Shown: positions 12,801-26,300 of the stretch, piece by piece
Layout: the number at the start of each line of letters is the position of its first letter
How positions within the stretch are numbered: the first letter of the stretch is position 1
From: Basidiobolus meristosporus CBS 931.73
Taxonomy: Eukaryota > Fungi > Basidiobolomycota
NCBI GenBank assembly: GCA_002104905.1
Contig: MCFE01000732.1
Coordinates: 1-41,634 of the forward strand
Reading direction: 5' to 3'
Length of the DNA stretch: 41,634 bases
Notes under the pieces: model-generated
Databases searched by the model: none
Seen by the model: only the letters and a program-made list of their open reading frames with translations
What the model was told of the DNA's origin: nothing
Position numbers and translations under genes: made by a program

Positions 12801-14716
12801 CTTGGAGGCACTTTTCAGTCAAAGTAGAGGTGTACCTTGAAGATGGACTTTCTGATGGAAGAATATTTGAGGTCTGCAATGGCCCAACAGATTCCTTGGA
12901 ATATTTATATTCACATCAACATATGTTGAGTAACTTCCAAATCACCATGGAATTCAATTATATCAGTTGTCAATAATCATCCTTAAATTGATGTGCAAGA
13001 TGTGGTAACCCTTCGTGACCATTCGATCTTACTACAGGATAAGGTTTATCATTGGTATGTTCATTGCAATAAGCATTTGATTGTGGCCAGTTCCAAATTT
13101 GGTAAAACGGCATTATTCAACGAATTGGTTGTGTGCCGAATTTGTAGAATCAATGCTGGAAGGCCAAAGAGCGAATGAACAGTGCGGGCAGTGTCTGAGC
13201 CAGATCTTGTGACTACACTGACTGAGAAGAATCAGCAAACGGTTTGCTATAAATAAGATGTGGACGCTGTTGAGCACGTCATGATCTGAAGCGACGTCTC
13301 CTATTCCATGGCAAATCGTGTAGCGGCCAACCCAAGAGTCCGTACGAGGGACACCTATGGCCAGCAATTGTGCATCAATGTGGCCATTTATACACACAAA
13401 AATGACAAGAGCTATGCTTGACCTGCGGACAACTCTTGATTAGCGCCCTGGCCTGTGTGCTGATGAATTATCTGTTGGCTATCCTGTGCGGAACATACAT
13501 CCGGGAAACGTTTGTGCCTAAGCGCGTTGGCATCGTTTAACAGTGGATTCCGCCTTAGTTATCATTAGTTGGACTCCTTCCATTCATAAAACGGCGTTTC
13601 GTCCTTTGTCTTGCTTGAGTCGTTTTGCTCCGCTCTCTGATTCATGGCGGATTGCTTTCCAAAGAGAATTCGGTATTGGGTCAACTCCAATCCAGTTTCG
13701 AATCTAGTTCCACCAACATGATTCAACCAAACAGCGATGATACAGCTAGTAGGAGAGACAACATATATACTGGATTCAGTGGAACCCAGAAGAGCTCATA
13801 TTCTAATTTTTGCCGAATACTGTTCCCATATCTCGAGAAATACCAAGAGTCGCTCCTGGCGCTTTTCCACAGGTGGAAAATCGGTTGACAGCTATCTAGG
13901 GTGCTGGTAGCAATATTTTCAACTTATTGGCGGATAATGGAACGGAGGACATATCCACAGCCAGCCCTTAATATAGAGCAGGAGCTTGTGCTTCTCGATA
14001 TATACCAGGGTAGAATCGGAGAAACACTCTCGAGCATTAAGTGTAGCACTTCCACCGGAAAATCCTTTGTTTATGTAGTTTATTTATCGAGATATGACTT
14101 GGCCATCTTTGCCTGAGCCCTCCTGGCGTTTCACAGGTCAGTCAACGAGATTTAGTTCGAATATTCACTGGGAGAAGAATGGACTCTTTTTATGTCCAGG
14201 GGAAAAACTTTTCACTCCAACTCACCAGAAACGAAGCATTTTAGGTTCACAACGACTGTGATAATACTGGTCCACAACAGAATCCAAATAACTTGAAGTT
14301 TATCTAACTGACTCATACCCTTAAGGCATATGGAATTAGAAACTACAACAACAAAACCTATGAACGGCCTTGAAGAACTAGAGAGGCTGAAAATCGGTTA
14401 GGAAAGTGCCACTACAAATAAGGGCTCTAAGAGGTGGGGGTACATGGCCATGATTGAATTTCCAGGCAGCCATGCAGTGATATGTGGTTAATACAGAGAA
14501 TCATAAACAGACCCCCTTATGAGATAGCTCCATGATTTTGGGCCTCTCTGAAGCCTATCTAAAATATCGAATTTTTTTTCGATATTCACGAAAGTAAATA
14601 TACATTTGAAATTGCTCGGTCACAATAAGGATGTGATTTGTATTAAATAAATCATATTGTCGTCATCAAGCATGTTAACCAAGATATTTTCGCCAAATTG
14701 GTTTGAACAACTAGCA

Positions 14717-14737
14717 TCTCTCTCTCTCTCTCTCTCT
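14717..14737. repeat. (TC)10 microsatellite upstream of YKT6
   Basis: Direct reading of the tctctc run. Confidence 0.9.
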
Positions 14738-14792
14738 TTCAAACAATAACAGTAGGTTAGCCTTCCCCTTCCCAGATTGACCAGGTACTACC

Positions 14793-15602
14793 ATGAAGAT
14801 TTACGCCATCTCCGTATTACAAGTGGATTGCAAGCCAGTCCACGAGCTTGCCAGCGAATATGAGCTCTCTAGCTTTGGCTTCTTCCAACGTGGAAGGTGA
14901 TTGATGGGATTTATTAACGCTTCACTGACAAAAATGATATTCACCTCCAATTTGTGTCCTAAAGTGTCCAAGAGTTCATGAGTTTTTTCGCCAAAACTAT
15001 CTCCGAAAGAACTAGCCCAGGCCAACGCCAGAGTGTGGAGCAAGAGAGTATGTTCAAGTGAGGGAAACCCGTACCCACTGTATGTACTAAAGACTTTCTC
15101 CCCCCGTTCTAGACTATATCGGTCACGTATTCACAAAAGCCGAAGGGGTTTCTGGAGTCATTATAGTGGATCGTGAATATCCAAGACGTGTTGCCTTTTC
15201 TTTGTTGAGCAAGATTCTCGACGAGTTTATGAGCAAGTACCCCAAGAATGAGTGGAATCAGATGAGAAGCTATCCAGAGCTCAAGGAATACCTCACCAAA
15301 TATCAAGACCCTAAGCAAGCTGACACCATCATGCGAGTTCAGCAGGATCTTGATGAAACTAAAGTTGTTCTAGTGAGTAGCTTCCTCCTTTCTCCTTAGT
15401 GCAGTTTTCTGCCTTTCACATAAGTTCCCCAAGCACTCCAGAACTCACAGTTATATGCCTCTAGCACAAAACCATCGAGTCCGTCCTCCAGCGTGGCGAA
15501 AAGATTGACAGCTTGGTAGAGAGATCGGACGAACTATCCACCCAGTCCAAGATGTTCTACAAGACAGCCCGTAAAACCAATTCCTGCTGTTCAGTTATGT
15601 AA
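14793..15602 (+). CDS. YKT6: Longin R-SNARE Ykt6, 4 exons
   Basis: Spliced translation MKIYAISVL...[26 protein letters not shown]...[13 protein letters not shown]...[62 protein letters not shown], ending in the diagnostic CCaaX motif. Confidence 0.96.
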
Positions 15603-16522
15603 AAATAGCCCCAGATAAATCAGTGTCTATTTCAGAGCTTATACACCAAATGAGCAATTTCTTTTTGAGTGGATCCTCGAGCCACACTTCCTGTTCTACT
15701 TTTGGTTGCACTTCTACAATCCGATCTCAAGAAAGGTTCTCGTATTTTCAATCCCATCAAGTCGGGCGTCTGCTTTATTATATGAGGTTGTGTATACGTG
15801 AGCGCAGGGATAATTTGTTATCAGAGTGAATACGCTCGCATGCTGGATTGGGTTTACACTGAACATTCGTTTCAGAAGCAAAGCACGCTATCTATACTGT
15901 TGCAACAAGGGGCTTGGTGTATCCATGCAATCAAGCAGAACGATTCATGAGTGTCCTCTAGTAGCGAGCTTATCTTGCCTCTGAGCCATTGAGCATTAGT
16001 TTGTGAGTAGTACGAGGCCCTGGGGTTCCATTTTGAAGAAAGCCAAATACTATTTAGGGATTGCTTTTCAGCAAGTAAAGATCAAATCTCCAAAATCCGG
16101 ATACTGTAGTGGGGTGGCTGTTGGCCATGATGATAGGTGTGCTGTCATTTAACGAGCCCGTCTCTTACCCTTTTCAGCTTGGATTTAGAGTAACATAAAT
16201 CGATTCAGCAAGAAAGGGCCTGTTCGCAACGGTAGGTCACACTAATTCACCATGTATGATAAAGGTGACTTCGAGTTCAACCTGGCACTTCGTCGTCAGC
16301 TAATCTTGCACGGAAGGTTGTGGCGTTTGAAGTACAAAGAGAAGGTTGATGGAGTGACGCTTTACTACGCTTTCTGCTACAACCTTATCATGATATGCTT
16401 CATCCATGGACCTAGGTGTTGTACTTGGACCTAATGTAGCACCGAAATGTGCGCCAATTGAAGTCTAGCAACCACTGTTGTATTCGGTGTTACCGTTTAT
16501 CTCCTGCACAGGGCCTAGTTGC

Positions 16523-16547
16523 CACACACACACACACACACACACAC
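16523..16547. repeat. (CA)12 microsatellite
   Basis: Direct reading. Confidence 0.9.
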
Positions 16548-16639
16548 CAACAATTTGACCCCTACACAATTATTGTGCTTATCATCGCCTGAACACGTGG
16601 ATTTATTGATCATCAGGGATTTAGATTTGTCATATCCCA

Positions 16640-18283
16640 TTATAGTGGCGGGCTCTTTCTAGCCTTTAAGCTCTGCTCAAACGCATAAGCATAGCTTAAC
16701 AGCTGGTCGTCACTACATGGAGCACCAGCAAAGGCGAGGCCGAACGGCGCACCATCCTCCTTCGTATAACCGAATGGAACGGTAACGACTGGGAATTTTG
16801 CAAAGCCGAAAGCTTGTGTGGACAGAGAGGGGGTGACAAATGCAAATGCGGTGATTTTTTGTTGATCCATCTGAGTGAGAAGGTACTGGCGGATGTATTT
16901 GTCCACAAAGTTCAGCCGCTCCCGAGCCGCTTTGGAGCTAGCCCCGCGCGATTTCATTGCCCCTTTGATGAAGAGGGTTCGAACCTTTGGGTCATTGATA
17001 GCTTTGTAGTCGTTCACCAGTTTCTCAAAAGAAGGGACTTTTCCAGACCTAAGGGATTTTATGGTCTTGTCAAAATACGTGTGGACCTGGTCTAAAAAGG
17101 AAAGGTGTCCCTGTACAAAATGAGTGGCATTCGCACGGTTGGTAGGTAGAACCATGGCTCCCAACTGAGTCAATATGACCTTGGCGGTTTCTATCGCGTT
17201 TGGTGAAGAAGGCTTCAATGAAGCAGGGAATTCCGGATGGACGAAATTATTGTCACTGGCAAACAACGCAATACGAGCATACTTCATGATGTTTGTACTG
17301 AGATTCTCGCTAAGTGGCTGGTCACGCAGCTCAGGGCATGCTTTGGTAGCTTCATCTCTTTTGTCAGATGCTTTGATGGCGTCCAACACGATGGCTACGT
17401 CTTTCACCGAGCGTGCCATAGGCCCATACGTATCGTATTCGTTGGACCAGAGGAAGTTTCCTGTTCTACTGGTCAGACCTACTGTAGGCCTCATGCCAAC
17501 AATTGCGTTCAGAGCAGACGGCATGATAATTGATCCTGTGGAATCCTCTCCAACAGCCACTGTCACCAGGTTTGCTGCTACTGCAACGGCAGAGCCAGAA
17601 GCAGATCCAGATACTGGGGCTTTTGGGTTATATGGATTAGTTGTCTGTCCGCCCATTGTGCTGTACCCGTTACTGCCCACAAGACCATTCAGCTCGCCCA
17701 TATTCCCCTTGCCGAGAATCACCGCACCCGCCTTGCGTAGCTGTTGCACAATAGACGATTCCTCTGAAAGGTGAGAGCCGGCGAGGAACTTGGATCCTGC
17801 GTTTACATCCATCTTATCCTTAGTCTCCATACTTGAGGAAACCAAAACTGGGATTCCGTGCAATGGGCCACGGGTCTTTCCGCTGTCACGCTCTTGATCC
17901 AATTTGGCCGCGATGCTGATCGCTTCTTGGTTTGTGATCAGCACGGCGTGCAAATTGGGGTTTAGCTTCTTGATTCGGTCCAGGTACATCTCCACCAGCT
18001 TTTTCGAGGTAATCTTACCCGATTGTAGCCATTCACTCAGACTATCGATAGTGGCCTCCTCCAGCTTCACCTCCTGACCGTAGGAGCCGTTGCCACCCGA
18101 GGAGTATTCGGAGGAACCATTGGCCTCATCATAACTATAGGAATCAGGCGAGCTAACGGTTTCGTATACGTACTCTCCACCATCGGTGCCGTCTCCAACC
18201 GACTGACTGTCACTGGGGGAGCCACCCAGAGTACCTTGCACCAACATAATCGCACCCAGGCACAATAGTGGCCATGCTTTCAT
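16640..18283 (-). CDS. Secreted amidase-signature family protein, intronless; catalytic Lys position appears to be Ser
   Basis: Signal-peptide-like MKAWPLLCLGAIMLVQGTLG, a Ser/Gly/Tyr-rich linker, then GPLHGIPVLV, GAVILGK, GGQTTNPY, GSASGSAVAVAA, GEDSTGSI, VGMRPTVGL and the C-terminal LLSYAYAFEQ motif. Confidence 0.9.
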   Translation of the reverse strand: MKAWPLLCLGAIMLVQGTLGGSPSDSQSVGDGTDGGEYVYETVSSPDSYSYDEANGSSEYSSGGNGSYGQEVKLEEATIDSLSEWLQSGKITSKKLVEMYLDRIKKLNPNLHAVLITNQEAISIAAKLDQERDSGKTRGPLHGIPVLVSSSMETKDKMDVNAGSKFLAGSHLSEESSIVQQLRKAGAVILGKGNMGELNGLVGSNGYSTMGGQTTNPYNPKAPVSGSASGSAVAVAANLVTVAVGEDSTGSIIMPSALNAIVGMRPTVGLTSRTGNFLWSNEYDTYGPMARSVKDVAIVLDAIKASDKRDEATKACPELRDQPLSENLSTNIMKYARIALFASDNNFVHPEFPASLKPSSPNAIETAKVILTQLGAMVLPTNRANATHFVQGHLSFLDQVHTYFDKTIKSLRSGKVPSFEKLVNDYKAINDPKVRTLFIKGAMKSRGASSKAARERLNFVDKYIRQYLLTQMDQQKITAFAFVTPSLSTQAFGFAKFPVVTVPFGYTKEDGAPFGLAFAGAPCSDDQLLSYAYAFEQSLKARKSPPL

Positions 18284-19071
18284 CGAATAAGACAACCTAA
18301 CCATCTGGCTTGTACTTCGGCCGTTGGGACTCGACAAACGATTTCGAAAGAAGAGCGGGGTGGCAAATGCAGAGTCGATCCAAGTACTCTAATGGTGGAG
18401 AGGCAGTGGCTTTCCTGAGGAGAGACTGCGGCCGTGAGAAACGATTGAAATCGGTTAGCCTTGTGGAAGAGATATACGGGTGGATCCGAGGTATTTGAGG
18501 AGATTTCTCCATCCAATGTAATGGATTCTCTACTGTGTCGGAAGCCAATGGGCTTATTTTCCGCCAGCCGGATTTGAAACAGAACGCTTCCCAAGTCTCG
18601 TTTCGTAGATGTGTTACAAGCTGGCTTGCCCTGCCTAGGATGTAAGTGGCTTGTTTCAAAGTAACGCAATATCGATAGGTTGGGCAGCTCAGCAAACCTC
18701 ATTGGCGGTTTCATGTTAGTTTTGCATTTGGATCGTAGACAGGATTCCACTCCAGAGAAGCACAATAAACCACCATGTTCGTCAATTTTAATCGAATGCT
18801 GGTTTTCTTCGTACGACATGATGTGGCGTCAATGATGTCAAGCAATGAGTGTACATTAGATTTTAGATACTGGCCTTTGAATAATTACATAGCATTTGAG
18901 GCTGAGGGCTTCCAACCAATCAGCGCTCGGTATAGCGAACATTTTGGGGTTAAAATGGCTCTAGGTAGTGGTGGTAGGCAAAAACGCGAGTAATGTAGAA
19001 CGGACTGTGCGCGCAAAGCAGCAAAGGGATTATGCCGTACACCTGTGTTGCCGCCCTAGGGATCGGGATGC

Positions 19072-20756
19072 TCACTGTGGTCTCCATTGCTGCCCACGCT
19101 TGTATACTGCAAATAGCAAAACCCCAAAAATCGATGTCAGGATAGCCAAGCCGGTAAACAGCCATCCTGGACCCATGGCTTTCATTAACGGACTAACAAG
19201 CGCGGAGGCAATAGCAGCGGATAGATATCTCATGCAGTTGTTGAGGGCGGTGGCGGATGCGCCCAGCCCTGGGAAAATATCCACCATATACGTGGATATG
19301 GAGGAGAAAATGTAGGTCATTGAAAAGCCAAGGAAGAACATGCTCACTAGAGGAGCAGGAAGTGGCAACTTCGTTTGTACAAACCAGCCATAGCACAGAA
19401 GCATAGCTGGAAGAAGTACAGTCCCCAACCACACCGCTCGAAACCGCGCTTCTGCTGGTACAGGACGTCCATCGTTCTTCTCACGTAAGTGGCGTAGTGA
19501 GTGGTCGGTCACTCTACCACCAACCGAGGAGCCGATCACATTTCCAATCCCTGAACTCAAGAACACCAGGCCGACCGCCGAAGATCTCAGATGATAGGTG
19601 GGAACAAATAAACTTGGTAAAGAAGTAGTATAGCAATAGATTGCGGCAAAAATCATGCAGCCATACGCCATAACAATCATGACTGCTGGGTATCGCAAGA
19701 ATAATAATGGCTGCAGGAAATTGATCGGACTCGCCTGTAATGGGCCGCTGTGGCTCTTATTCTTCTGCTGCTCCACTCGAGCTTTGGTCATTGTCTCTGG
19801 CAGGAAAAAGACAATCAAGAGTAAGGCGAACCCTCCCAAGCCTGCAATCAGATAAAAGATCTTCTGCCAGCCAAGGGATTCACTCATGAAACCACCAATT
19901 ACAGGGCCTGATGGGGCAATGATTTAGCATATGCTATGGCAAATACATCCTCCAATCTTACCAATGATCGGGCCTAGTAAAGGGCCGATGAAGTAGAATC
20001 CAAAGGCAGTTCCTCTCTCAGCTGGAGGGAATACATCACTAATCGTCCCGGCACCTAGTTAATGGAGTGTTAGCTAGGCTCAAGGTCTGCTAACTTTTCC
20101 ATATACTGACCTACGGACAGAACTGCTGAGGCGCCTATGGCCTGAATGGCACGCATTACTATCAGCATGATGATGTTCACTGATAGCCCACAGCCAATAC
20201 TTCCGGCCACATAGATGCTCAGAGAGATCAGGTATATCAGGCGACGACCAATATGATCGGAGAGTGTTCCCCAAATTAGGGGCTACGGTGCAATAGAGTC
20301 ACATTTAGTGCAGTTGATGCATAGAGGTGGAAAGTGCCACTCACCGTAACCGCCAGGAATACCATATACACAGTAATAGTCAGGTTTACCGTTGCATCTT
20401 CCACCTGCAGATCATTTCGCATGTGATCTAGAGCCGGAACCTACATACCAATAGTAAGTACAAGCACGCCACAGAGGTTGAGAACAGCGAACACGCACAA
20501 AGATGTTTGTTGAAAGCGGGCCTATTAAGCCTGCATAGGCAATGATCAAAATAATTAGAGCCTTCTTGATTGGCGAGAATGCGCGTGGCGCATTCGGCGA
20601 ATTTTCATTTTGCAATTGCCGTGGAATCCCAGTCAACCCGGCGACCTTCTCCTCCCTTGCAATACAGTTTTCTTGGACCAGAGTGGTAGCACCCGACTCT
20701 TCTAGAGAACTAACCCCGACTTGACCCCCTTTCTCAGGATCCTCCGCGACGTTCAT
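19072..20756 (-). CDS. MFS multidrug/H+ antiporter (DHA1-like), multi-exon
   Basis: Exon fragments FSPIKKALIILIIAYAGLIGPLSTNIF, WGTLSDHIGRRLIYLISL (motif A), GAGTISDVFPPAERGTAFGFYFIGPLLGPII and GWQKIF, followed by ORF 19072-19887 with several transmembrane helices. Confidence 0.92.
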
Positions 20757-21940
20757 GGCCTAGCAAAACAGATACGATCGAAGAAGAAATCGCTTGCAAC
20801 GATGGGTTACCAGATAGGACGAATACTAGACCCATTAGCCTGCCTTCATGAGCAGTATATATAGCTTCTGAAACTCTAAGTAAAGCTTAATACGAGCACC
20901 GTATTTCTGGTAAAACCGCAAGGAATATTAGTAGAACCAGGCCATCACCTGATTAGGAAGGAGATTCCCATTAGAGGCAAAGAAAAAAGGAAAATAAGGA
21001 AAACAAGCTTTTGTCTAAACCAAAAGAGTTGACTCCATGCCTAATACTACGAATCGCTACACAATCCAAAAACAATCAATGGGTTTCCTGGTTCACACAC
21101 GCATCAAGATGAAACTCCAGTCGATCTCACACCCCAATCTTCAGGCGTTTGAAGGGGCCCATCAGCACTGTTTGGAAACCAGATTGAGTCATACGCTCAC
21201 CCAAGGTGATACCAATTTAGCAATCAAAAATTAATAAATCTGGCTATTACGTGACGACATGGAGGGAGCAGCCGCCACGGTACTTCTGTTTATCCTCTCG
21301 GGGATACATATTTCCCTCACCAAGAATATGCCCCATGATCACCGGTGCGTATTAAGCGCCCCGCTCCCTACATGAAACCAGTTACCTGGATGTTGCTAAA
21401 TCGTCTGTGTTCAAGTGGTCCCCGCTATTCCATGACCGACACTCCCAAAGAGTGACAAACTTCACCAAGCTCCAAAGGTATTCTTGACCGTTTCTCCATC
21501 AATATTGATTCATACGGTACGGACTAATCTGACGCTCGCCATACCAACAGTTACACTTTACCGAGATCTGTACAAATGGCTGAGCAGAGAGTGCCTTGGG
21601 TTGCTACTCGATGTGATGCAGACTCCCATGCATTTGCCGTTCCAGAGAGGTACTATTTTTAAGGCGGATCTAGCAAATCACCCAGTGATGTGATGAGACC
21701 AAGATCAGTGACTGGCACCACGCCACTGACATTATCGCAAATGTCTTGGTTTTTTGGTCAATGAGGACAGAGCGGTGTTGAGATAGCACTCTAATTGCTA
21801 TTGCAGGTAGAATTTGGGTCTATTGAAGATGCAGAAACCCTGGGCTGCTCGGTTACTAAGATACAGTGGAATCTGTCGTCCATGCTTAGTCGCTGACACC
21901 TTTGATATTTCCATAGAGACTTCGGAGTGCAGTGAAGGGT

Positions 21941-23000
21941 TCAGAGCTGGGTTTGTTTACTTATCCATGTATTTTTGATTATATACTTGGTTAAAATGAT
22001 TGAAATTGATGGAGACTTCGATAATTCTGAAGAACGGTGGAAATATGAGATGGTTGAATATTTTATGACTAAAGACCCCAAATGTTGAGCACATTTCTCC
22101 AAAGCCTCCGAAATAGAGCTCATTGACAAGAGCAGCGTTTGTTCACTAAACCAATATACAAGACCGGCACACACTCCAAGTTTTCTTCTGTTGTAAAAAT
22201 TCGGAATTCCACCTAAATATTCACCTAACTTAGTCACTTAGATCATTACCTTCAAACCCTAGAGAATACTGACCAAATTTCTTGTCGGGATTTACTTAGA
22301 ATATTTACCCAGAACATGAAAATTAGATAAGTTGTCCAAACAGCCCCAAACTTTGCAAACATGTTGTTGGGACCTTCCTAACCTTATTCTACGTGGTTGT
22401 TATGCCAAGACCATGTCAAAGTATAAATACTACTTTTACATTCAATAAATCATTAAGTGGAAACCACAGAATCTACTTGTTCTCCCAATCACTTCCAATA
22501 TCTCTAAGACTCTTACAACGTCTTCTACACTGGCCACCCTAACCATATTCTGTGTGAGTTTGGTTGTCTGAGCTTAAGGATGTTGAAGCATATGTCCCAG
22601 TCAGAATCACATGTGCATATCAGTAGATATCCAATATGGATAGAAACTCCTAATAAATGAGGATTAGGGATCATATGCTAAATACTACATGGAGTATATA
22701 TGCTATCTCATAAGCTCTTTCCAGGCCAAGTATGAAGCCTATATACTATCATATAGCAGCATATGGAGTGAAAGCCATCACAAGACCACACTGAAATGGC
22801 ACAAATACCATCAAGAAATCCAATTTGGTAAATGCTGATGGGAACACCTCAATAAAGTATAGAACCTAGCTTTTACAAGAAGTGATCTTGACACTTGGCC
22901 ATTCCATGAGTCTATGTATTCTTTGTAATTGCAGAAACAGACAATTGATCACTGTCCAAGCATAGTTAGCATGCCACTAACTTGCACTCTCAGCATATTA
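21941..23000 (-). pseudogene. Possible decayed membrane-protein gene or repeat relic (AT-rich, CpG-poor)
   Basis: The minus-strand frame gives hydrophobic protein-like text (YAWTVINCLFLQLQRIHRLMEW...FLMVFVPFQCGLVMAFTPYAAI**YIGFILGLERAYEIAYILHVVFSI*SLILIY*EFLSILDIY*YAHV) broken by stops. No CpG was seen from 22521 to 23105. The family was not recognised. Confidence 0.25.
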
Positions 23001-23337
23001 CATAGCTCTGAGTATAGTATTTATACCCAAAGCTCATTCTTAATTGTTAATGCCAATTCAAACTTCAGCATATTGAGGTTTTACTTGGTTGTTCCAAGCA
23101 CTCCACGTTGCAACCTACTAATTGCATACAATTATTTGGATGCAAGCATTAACACAAATCTATTTTAAATCGATTTCAAACTGCATTTTGCTGGCGGAAT
23201 TGTATAAACACTTTGGCAGGGACTCAACTGAAGTGGAGCATTGGTCGTAGCTCGTCATCAACTCCACAAGGGAGTCCTATATCCATTTTTGCGATCCTCG
23301 CCACCTACTACAAGTATAAATGTTACATTTTTCCTTC

Positions 23338-23367
<30 letters not shown>
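23338..23367. repeat. Imperfect (TA)n tract
   Basis: Direct reading: atatatatatatatatttatatttatatat. Confidence 0.8.
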
Positions 23368-23368
<1 letters not shown>

Positions 23369-26300
23369 CTCGTATACCTAGATGCCTCATATAATCCCCA
23401 AGTCCCTTCTTTTATGGGCTACAGAGTTCACTCCAAAAATGATGTCCTATCCCGCCTCTCTACTGACTCGAAGATTCTTGTTACATAAGGAAGGCCTGCC
23501 GAAAATGATAGCAAGTAGATTGAAATTCAGGGACCAATTTTGATGCGTATTACGGAGGTGTGTACCAAATGGATACCATTTGCTGAGGGAGATCAGCAAG
23601 AGAAGGTTTCAGATTCACTTGATATGGGGTTAGGTACTGCGAGCTGATTTTCAAGATATCACTCCAGATGGATATTTCCTAGGAACTGTCCAATACCCTC
23701 ACTCGCTATATTGCCGCATTCAGCATAAAAGTCAACAGTGGGTTTTAGACTCTTGAGTAGAGTCATAGAGACGTGAAACAACATTCATAGTTAATCATAA
23801 TTAAGCAGAAGTTGAGGTTTGGACCCCAGTCTGGGTGCACAATGTGCTGCAAACAATTAGTACTGTACCTAATTGTTTGCAACAGAATCAAGCGAAGGCA
23901 CGATCCACTTCCAACTAGTACAAGGTGAAATGATCCGCTATTGATGCAAGCCCATACGCATCAAGCTTCATAATGACTGGCGTTGTGACAGCTATCGATA
24001 TTTCATCCTATCCGAAGGATCGCCAAAATGTGCCCACCAATAACCAAGTTGAATATTTCACTCTGCTATACTGATGGTTGGGTACAATGCTAACCACCTC
24101 CTATGCGTTGTAGAAACCCATAAACTGTACCAGAAATCCGTAGGTATGAAAAGAGTGGCGCTGAGCAAATTACAGTACAGTAAGACCATTCCTAGTAGAG
24201 ATCGTCGCTTAGCCATTAACCCGGACCCCGTCTAACGCAACATTGCGAAGCCACCAATTGACCAGAGCTTTGGGGTTTTCAGAGTCCTTTCAAAAGTGAT
24301 TGTCATTTTAGATAGCTTTCAGGACACCTTGCAGTGCTCCCGATTAGGGTGCATTGCCAGCCATGAAAACTTCACTTTCTACTCTAGCGGATTATCTACA
24401 GCCGATTCGTCATCGAGGATCTGCTAGATTTGCAATAAATCCAGTGAGTGGCGGATCTTTGACTACCTCAAAAGGCGCTGGTGCAACTTCATAGTGTGAG
24501 AAAATCATGCCACTAGAAATAAAGTTACGCCCATCTAGAGCTTCCAGAATGGCGCAAACTCAATTTGAGTGATATCATTTTTTCCCAATATTCAGCACGT
24601 TATAGCCGCTGGTGATCCTTCATATCCATCAGTTTATATGCTGATATGGATCAGTATTATTGTAGAATACATGGGGACAGCATGCTCCAACTCTCATCAA
24701 TAGGCTCCATTCAAACGGCTCAATGATTGATACACTATTTCTTTCTAACCAACGAACAGATGGGGAGTGCATGATACTGGGAACTCCTGAGCAGCCATCG
24801 GTGTATATTACTTACATAGCTTTTTGATTAGTAATTAATCTATTTGTAACTGCTGTTGCTTCTATTCTTAAGCTCTCATTGCATTGGCCCGGAAAATATG
24901 ATGAGAGCCGGAATATACATAACAACGGGTCTGGGGGATGAGGAAAGAAGCTGCATACTATCAATAAACACAAACATCCAATATCTCTTGGCTATTTCCA
25001 CGTCTCTTGGCATCAATTTATTCGATTTCTGCAGATTGATGCACTGGGCTCGCAATCCGCTCAACATACTAGATTGTTAAATACGCATCTATGAGGGCAT
25101 TCATTGAAATAATTCGCATCTAGCTTGGGCTGAGTGGTAAAACTGATTTAAGTGCTGATGGAGATACCTCAGTGTTTGTTGCCAAGTGGGTGTCCCATTG
25201 AACTAAGGGATATCGTTAAGAATGTGCCGATACCCCTCCACTTAACTTTATTCCCAATATACTTTAGCCCATACAGATAATACTTGACTAGGAACCACAT
25301 AGACAGCGGTATATACGGATAAAACTAATTACGCACACGCTAAAAGGATAAGCCGACTGGTGGTTTCTCCATTGATTGTACTAGCCCAACGGTACCAACA
25401 GAATAATATCGAGATAAAGTTGCAGTGATGTTACATTATTTCAAGTTAGAGGTTTCATCAATTTTAGTGGCCTACTAATAAGGAAGAAGGAAAACTTGTA
25501 GCTTGCTCACCACATTTCCATAAAGGGATGTATCTGGAGAATTTTCCTTTTCTCCAGCCCAGTCTACCGCCGGGAAAACCAAGTGCAAAGTGAATTTAGA
25601 AACCCGAGTAATCTGTAGTTGGCCACAGCAGGCCTTGTCTCTTAGTCGATGCCGGTAATATGCTAAACTAATAGGATATGACAGGATAGGTTAGGATAGG
25701 GTGGAATAGGATAGGAGTATGGTGGATGAGTCGTGCCTTTCTCTTCTCAGTCCCATATATTGTGCTGAGAACTACCAGCAGATTGCCTGATGATTCGGGA
25801 AAATTGAAACCCGAGCGTCCATTAGCTTTGTTACCTGTGCCTGGAATAACCTTATGCCCATTTGACGCAAGGGAGAGTGATTGGAGCACTGGGAACCATT
25901 CGCTAGGTGCACACTCATCAGTACATGAGCTGATGATCCATAATTGTTCAAAAAGGTTGCTTTTAATCCTAAACAGGCTTCACATGGATTAATCATCATA
26001 TTGAAGGCTAATTCAGAGAGAGAATCATACATCACCATTACTAAATATGCGAACCTGTGCATTGTTCAGAGGATAGTTGGCCAATGGTGGACATTGTTAC
26101 GGGCAATCATGAGTGAGGATATCCTTTTATGGGAGGCATGATACACATGCTCACATTAATAGATTTGGTGCTCCCTAGGTTGCGAATGGTTTGTACTTGA
26201 GATCGCACACCTGGAAATTGACAATCAACAAGCAACAGCTGCATCAGCAGTATGTGTCCGTACATGCAGCGTGGCCTATTTGAATACAAGAGCAAGCACA

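Noticed and set aside
13625-14116. Two in-frame ORFs separated by TGA-CAG-CTA (matches the TMV-type CARYYA context), with a TTTTCCAC/GTGGAAAA palindrome nearby
   Set aside because: Neither ORF looks protein-like or has a good start; unlike the LINE junction, there is no domain that requires readthrough. Treated as coincidence.
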